Assembly: GCA_963841995.1 (NCBI GenBank)
Contig: CAWJEX010000021.1
Span: 138,545-202,544 of the forward strand
Direction of reading: 5' to 3'
DNA length: 64,000 nucleotides
DNA from: an uncultured Alphaproteobacteria bacterium
GTDB lineage: Bacteria > Pseudomonadota > Alphaproteobacteria > DATDPM01
Of this stretch, positions 59,745-64,000 are shown one piece after another (position 1 is the first letter of the stretch; each line of letters opens with the position of its first letter). The notes under the pieces are model-generated. The model saw nothing but the letters and a program-made list of their open reading frames with translations. It was not told where the DNA came from and ran no database searches. A program made the translations under genes and the position numbers.

Positions 59745-61628
59745 TTACGGAAGCTGGAAGACGGTCAGGGTACCGCCGAGACGGGTGTACTCATAGAGAC
59801 CGGCATAACCGCCGATCGCACCGAGGCCGCCGGTGGCGTCCTTGCCCCTCGCATCAGTTTCAGCGATGCCGAGGGCGAGGTTGATACCAGCCCAACCGCC
59901 GACGCCTGAGAAGACGCCGAGTTGTTCCTTGCCACCATGGCTCCATGCATTGGTGTTGCCGATGATGCCGGACGGGCTCTTGAACTTCCACAACAGCTTG
60001 CCGCTCGAAGCGTCGACGGCCTTCTCATACCCATCGAGGGTACCGTAGAAGACAACGTCGCCAGCCGTGGCGAGAGCGCCGGCCCAAGCCGAGAACTTCT
60101 CGGGGTCGGACCAAACGATCTTACCCTTGGCGCCATCCCAAGCGAGGAAGTTGCCCATGTTCGTGGTGCCATCGCCCGTGACCTTGCCGGCCGGGAACAT
60201 TGCCAAGCGCGCATTCACATATGCATCGCCAGGCGAGTACTCGTTACCGCCGCCGGTGTAGGACAGGGGCTGATAGTCCATGCAAACATGGTTGGACGGC
60301 ACATAGAACAGGTTGGTCTTGGGCGAGTAAGCCGCAGGCTGCTCGTCCTTGCTGCCCAACGCTGCCGGGCAGATATTCGTGTAATTGACGTCTTCCCCCT
60401 TCGAACCAGGGGCAAACGCCTGCACGACTTCCGGACGGCCAGTCTTCATGTCGATTTTGGTGGCCCAATTCACCGCCGGATCATACTTCTCGGCGACGAG
60501 CAGCGAGCCATCGGCACGGTCGAGCGTGTAGGCGAAGCCGTTACGATTAAAGTGAGTGATCGCCTTGACCGCCTTACCGCCAATGTTCTGGTCGGTGAGG
60601 ATCATTTCGTTGATGCCATCATAGTCCCACTGGTCGTGCGGGGTCATTTGATAGAGCCAACGGGCCATGCCGGTGTCCGGGTTGCGAGCGTTCATGGTCA
60701 TCGCCCACTTGTTGTCGCCGGGACGCACGACCGGGTTCCACGTGCTCGGGTTGCCCGTACCAAAATAGAAGAGATTCAGATCCGGATCCCACGCCCAATA
60801 GCCCCAGATCGAACCGCCGCCGATTTCCCAGGCATTGCCTTCCCAGGTCTTCAGGCTGCTGTCCTTGCCGACCGGCTTGCCGAGCTCGGTGGTCTTGTCC
60901 GGATCGACAAGGATGTCGGAGTCCGGGCCCATCGAGTAAGCACGCCACACGCGCTTGCCGGTCTTCATGTCATAGGCGGTCATGTTGCAACGAACGCCGA
61001 ATTCCGCGCCGGAGCAGCCAACCATAACCTTGTCATTGATGACCATCGGCGCACCCGTGCCGGTGGAAGCGGAAATGCCCCGCTTGCCTTTGCCGGAGTC
61101 CATGTTTTGGACATGCCAGACTTCTTTGCCGGTCTTGGCATCGAGAGCGATCAGGGTGGTGTCGGCGACGTGAACGAAGATCTTGCCGTCGGCATATTGA
61201 GCGCCGCGATTGACGTTATCGCAGCACATCACCGAGACGACGCGACCTTCGGTCTCACCCGACGGATACTTGCCGCCCTTAACCGGGTCGTATTCCCAGA
61301 TGATGCGGCCGTTGTCGTTGAGGTCGAGGGCGTACACTATGTTCGGAATCGCCGACACGATGTACATCGTGTCGCCGATCACGAGCGGGCCGCCTTCATG
61401 GCCGCGCAACACGCCGGTCGAGAACTGCCAGGCGACGCCCAGATTGGCGACGTTGCCCTTGTTGATTTGATCCAACGCAGTGTAGCGCCAGCCGGAGTAA
61501 TTGCCCGACTGCTGCGACCACTGATTGGGATCAGCCTGGAGCTTCAACAGTTCTTGGTTGGCGAGCGCCATGCCCGGCAACGCAACAACGGCTGTCGCAG
61601 CCAGTAAAGCTTTAAACGAAATTTTCAT
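59745..61628 (-). CDS. xoxF: lanthanide-dependent PQQ methanol dehydrogenase XoxF
   Basis: PQQ-ADH family with the vicinal CC and the PHDQWDYDGINEM motif. The DYD with an extra Asp is the lanthanide-coordinating signature; Ca-MxaF has DYAG. Start is ATG 61628 after GGAGGA. Signal peptide MKISFKALLAATAVVALPGMALA. Confidence 0.85.
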   Translation of the reverse strand: MKISFKALLAATAVVALPGMALANQELLKLQADPNQWSQQSGNYSGWRYTALDQINKGNVANLGVAWQFSTGVLRGHEGGPLVIGDTMYIVSAIPNIVYALDLNDNGRIIWEYDPVKGGKYPSGETEGRVVSVMCCDNVNRGAQYADGKIFVHVADTTLIALDAKTGKEVWHVQNMDSGKGKRGISASTGTGAPMVINDKVMVGCSGAEFGVRCNMTAYDMKTGKRVWRAYSMGPDSDILVDPDKTTELGKPVGKDSSLKTWEGNAWEIGGGSIWGYWAWDPDLNLFYFGTGNPSTWNPVVRPGDNKWAMTMNARNPDTGMARWLYQMTPHDQWDYDGINEMILTDQNIGGKAVKAITHFNRNGFAYTLDRADGSLLVAEKYDPAVNWATKIDMKTGRPEVVQAFAPGSKGEDVNYTNICPAALGSKDEQPAAYSPKTNLFYVPSNHVCMDYQPLSYTGGGNEYSPGDAYVNARLAMFPAGKVTGDGTTNMGNFLAWDGAKGKIVWSDPEKFSAWAGALATAGDVVFYGTLDGYEKAVDASSGKLLWKFKSPSGIIGNTNAWSHGGKEQLGVFSGVGGWAGINLALGIAETDARGKDATGGLGAIGGYAGLYEYTRLGGTLTVFQLP

Positions 61629-61646
61629 GTGGTCATTCCTCCCCAC

Positions 61647-62362
61647 TAGGTTGTTGTCTTCCGGAAGACGGAAAACTTACTGGGGCTGTGCCCAGCCATT
61701 CGACTCGTTGCAAAGCAGGACTTTCATTCCTCGCGCCGCGGTGAGCAACGCGAAGAGACGCAAGCTAGTTACACTGCAAGAGAAGCACGACTTAGCCTAC
61801 ACAACCCGGGCGCATGATAAGGGCCTTCGTGAAACGGGGTCAAGATTCTTTTGTTTCACGATTATTATGAAGGCGCGGAAATCCAAGGCGTACGCATGAT
61901 ATAAGTTCATTCGATACGACAATGGCAAATTGCGGCATAACGGTTGACCAAATTGCCGTCGCGATGAGTCCGGATGCTCAAGTAGAGTGCCCTTTTAAAG
62001 CGCTTTCGTGCATTTCTGGCGGCGGCAATTTCCGCTGCAGCGCACAACGAAATGCGACGCGCAAGACACTCGGTCCAAATTCATGGCTATTATTTGATTA
62101 CGGTGCCACCCAAGACCAAACGGCGGCGAAATCTTTGATATATTTTGATCGATTCTTACATCGCTTCGCGCTAACTGATGTGGGATCCGCCCGTTTTGTT
62201 CGCATTCGCAATTGCACGATCGACCGACGCCACAGAAATTTGCGACGAGGGGCAATTTGGGCGGTTCATGAGTATTTGCGTAATGCAATTTGATGCGTCA
62301 TATGTGCAATGCACAATAAGTCCAACTGCAATGGTGCAGTGCGATAAATCGGCAGCGTCGCG
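61647..62362. promoter_or_regulatory. 716-bp low-GC divergent control region between xoxF (-) and the MBL gene (+)
   Basis: GC falls to about 45%. TGCAAT/GCAATG-containing motifs are clustered at 62280-62340 (atgcaatttg, gtgcaatgcaca, ctgcaatggtgcagtgcg). Confidence 0.5.
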
Positions 62363-63304
62363 ATGCTAAGCCGCGCCATCTCCACCATCCTCCTCATGAT
62401 TGGGGTCGTGTTGACCTTGCACGGCCCGCTGGTTGCGGCAGAGCCTCTGCCGATCACGGAAATTGCTCCTGGGATATTCGTGCATAAGGGCGCTTATGAA
62501 GACGTCAACCCCCACAACCGGGGCGATATTTCCAACATCGGTTTTATCGTCGGAGAACAGGGGGTGGCGGTTATCGATACCGGCAATGCCCGGTGGCTCG
62601 GCGATGACTTGCGCGCGGCGATCAAAGCCAAAACGAGTCTTCCCATTGCCTACGTCATCAACACCCACGCCCATCCCGACCATATTTTCGGGAATGCGGC
62701 GTTCAAAGACGACAAGCCGGAATTCGTCGGCCATGCGAGACTCGAAGCGGAGATGCGCACTAAAGCGCCCTATTACTTGCAGACATTGAAAACATTCGTC
62801 GGCGAAGCCGCCACCGAGGGCATCGAAATCATCCCGCCGACCAGAACGGTAAACCCGGGTGAGGCAATCACTCTCGATTTAGGCGGGCGAACGCTCACCA
62901 TTACCGGCTATCCGACCGCCCACAGCCAAAGCGATGTCACGGTGCTCGACGACAAGACCCAAACTTTGTGGACCGGCGATTTACTGTTCGTTGATCGGGT
63001 GCCGGCCATCGATGGCAGCATTCTCGGCTGGGAAAAGGCTATCGCTGAGCTGAAAAAGATCCCGGCTGCCCGGGCCGTGCCGGGACATGGGCCGGCCGTC
63101 GTTCCCTGGCCGCAATCCCTGTCCGGGGAAGAACGGTATTTCGGTCTTCTGCTCAGGGACATCCGCGCCATTCAAAAGGCGCATGGAAAGATCGAAGACG
63201 CAACGAAAACCGCGGGAACCGAAGACAAGGATCGCTGGGCCTTGTTCGACGAGTACAATGCGCGCAACGTAACAGCGGCCTTTGTCGAGCTCGAATGGGA
63301 ATAA
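62363..63304 (+). CDS. MBL-fold metallohydrolase (quinoprotein relay system zinc metallohydrolase-like)
   Basis: Signal peptide and the HAHPDH zinc motif. Positioned next to xoxF, as reported for quinoprotein relay systems. Confidence 0.65.
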   Translation: MLSRAISTILLMIGVVLTLHGPLVAAEPLPITEIAPGIFVHKGAYEDVNPHNRGDISNIGFIVGEQGVAVIDTGNARWLGDDLRAAIKAKTSLPIAYVINTHAHPDHIFGNAAFKDDKPEFVGHARLEAEMRTKAPYYLQTLKTFVGEAATEGIEIIPPTRTVNPGEAITLDLGGRTLTITGYPTAHSQSDVTVLDDKTQTLWTGDLLFVDRVPAIDGSILGWEKAIAELKKIPAARAVPGHGPAVVPWPQSLSGEERYFGLLLRDIRAIQKAHGKIEDATKTAGTEDKDRWALFDEYNARNVTAAFVELEWE

Positions 63305-63452
63305 GGCTCACCATAACGTGATGCAATGTGATGCCGAAAAAGTGGGGGGGGCCTTGACCCGCGCTATTTTCCCCCTAAATTCCTGTACAAATCCCAAGCG
63401 AGGCGGCTTAGACCCTGAAATGGGGCGCCGCCGGCATTTTCAGGAGAGATCG

Positions 63453-64000
63453 ATGCACCCCAAGGCAAAGAGGTTTTTAGCGTTGGGCGCCGTCGTTTTC
63501 GGCGTCGCGAGCATGATGAGTGGCGTTTCACGCGCCGACATGTGGGACAATCAGCGCACGGAATCCCAGGAGGTCGTCAAAGGTGATACCGGCAGCTGGG
63601 ACAACATCAGGAAAGGCCTGTTCGCGGATAAAGAGATTGCCGACGGCACCGGCGTTATCAATTTCGAAGCGCCGCCGCGGGTTACCGATGCCGCTTTTAT
63701 CCCGCTCACGATCGGTGCGGCAAAACCGCAGACCGCGGATCACTTCATCAAGAATATCTATCTCGTGATCGACGAAAATCCGTCGCCGGTTGCCGCGGTG
63801 TTTCATCTGTCGCCGGACAGTAGTCTTGCGAATATTTCAACCCGGGTGCGGATCGACAAATACACCTATGTTCGCGCCATCGCCGAAACCAATGACGGCA
63901 AGCTCTATATGGCGAAAAGTTTCCTGAAAGCGGCGGGTGGCTGCTCGGCGCCGACCATGAGCGATAACGACGAGGCGCGGGCGCGGATCGGCAAAATGAA
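63453..64000 (+). CDS. SoxYZ-like carrier-type protein (quinoprotein dehydrogenase-associated), 3'-partial
   Basis: My own translation from ATG 63453 (RBS AGGAGA): MHPKAKRFLALGAVVFGVASMMSGVSRADMWDNQRTESQEVVKGDTGSW...KAAGGCSAPTMSD. There is a GGCS motif, as in SoxY-like domains. The ORF runs off the window end. Confidence 0.45.
   Translation, partial: MHPKAKRFLALGAVVFGVASMMSGVSRADMWDNQRTESQEVVKGDTGSWDNIRKGLFADKEIADGTGVINFEAPPRVTDAAFIPLTIGAAKPQTADHFIKNIYLVIDENPSPVAAVFHLSPDSSLANISTRVRIDKYTYVRAIAETNDGKLYMAKSFLKAAGGCSAPTMSDNDEARARIGKM

Noticed and set aside
61922-62293. 123-aa ORF in the low-GC xoxF upstream region
   Set aside because: It has no SD, odd composition and internal Cys/Arg runs. The region behaves as divergent promoter DNA.

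Overview
This is a high-GC (about 64-65%) alphaproteobacterial-type chromosomal segment of mostly core genes, in three blocks. First, a conserved housekeeping neighbourhood: argB, engB, yidC, yidD, rnpA, rpmH, panBC, gpt, argD-argF-hslO, tandem trkH, folE, apaG, and metZ with an upstream SAM-II-like riboswitch. Second, a complete cbb3-type cytochrome oxidase locus, ccoNOQP-ccoGHIS, with an FNR/FixK box upstream of ccoN. Third, a lanthanide/PQQ methylotrophy island: a lut/ped-like ABC uptake system with a beta-propeller protein and two unknown secreted proteins, then pqqABCDE, then xoxJ-xoxG-xoxF on the opposite strand (XoxF carries the Ln-type DYDG motif), then quinoprotein-relay genes (an MBL hydrolase and a SoxYZ-like protein). 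Two tRNAs are present (Arg-ACG, Gly-CCC), along with several intrinsic terminators. Three small conserved genes are missing or wrong in the ORF track: ccoS, ccoQ and pqqA (rpmH is also absent from it). A striking property of the window is a high density of apparent frameshifts and in-frame stops in otherwise conserved genes. Affected genes are yidC, trkH2, xoxG (at a G5/C5 homopolymer run), pqqA, the hybrid kinase, the MscS-family channel, the DUF2336 gene, a lipoprotein, and two K+-channel-like genes. These are most likely assembly or sequencing indel errors rather than biology, so gene boundaries given for those genes are approximate. I found no CRISPR array, prophage, integrase or obvious defence island. 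The most plausible new biology is the pair of uncharacterised acidic secreted proteins embedded in the lanthanide-uptake operon, plus the regulatory DNA upstream of xoxF.
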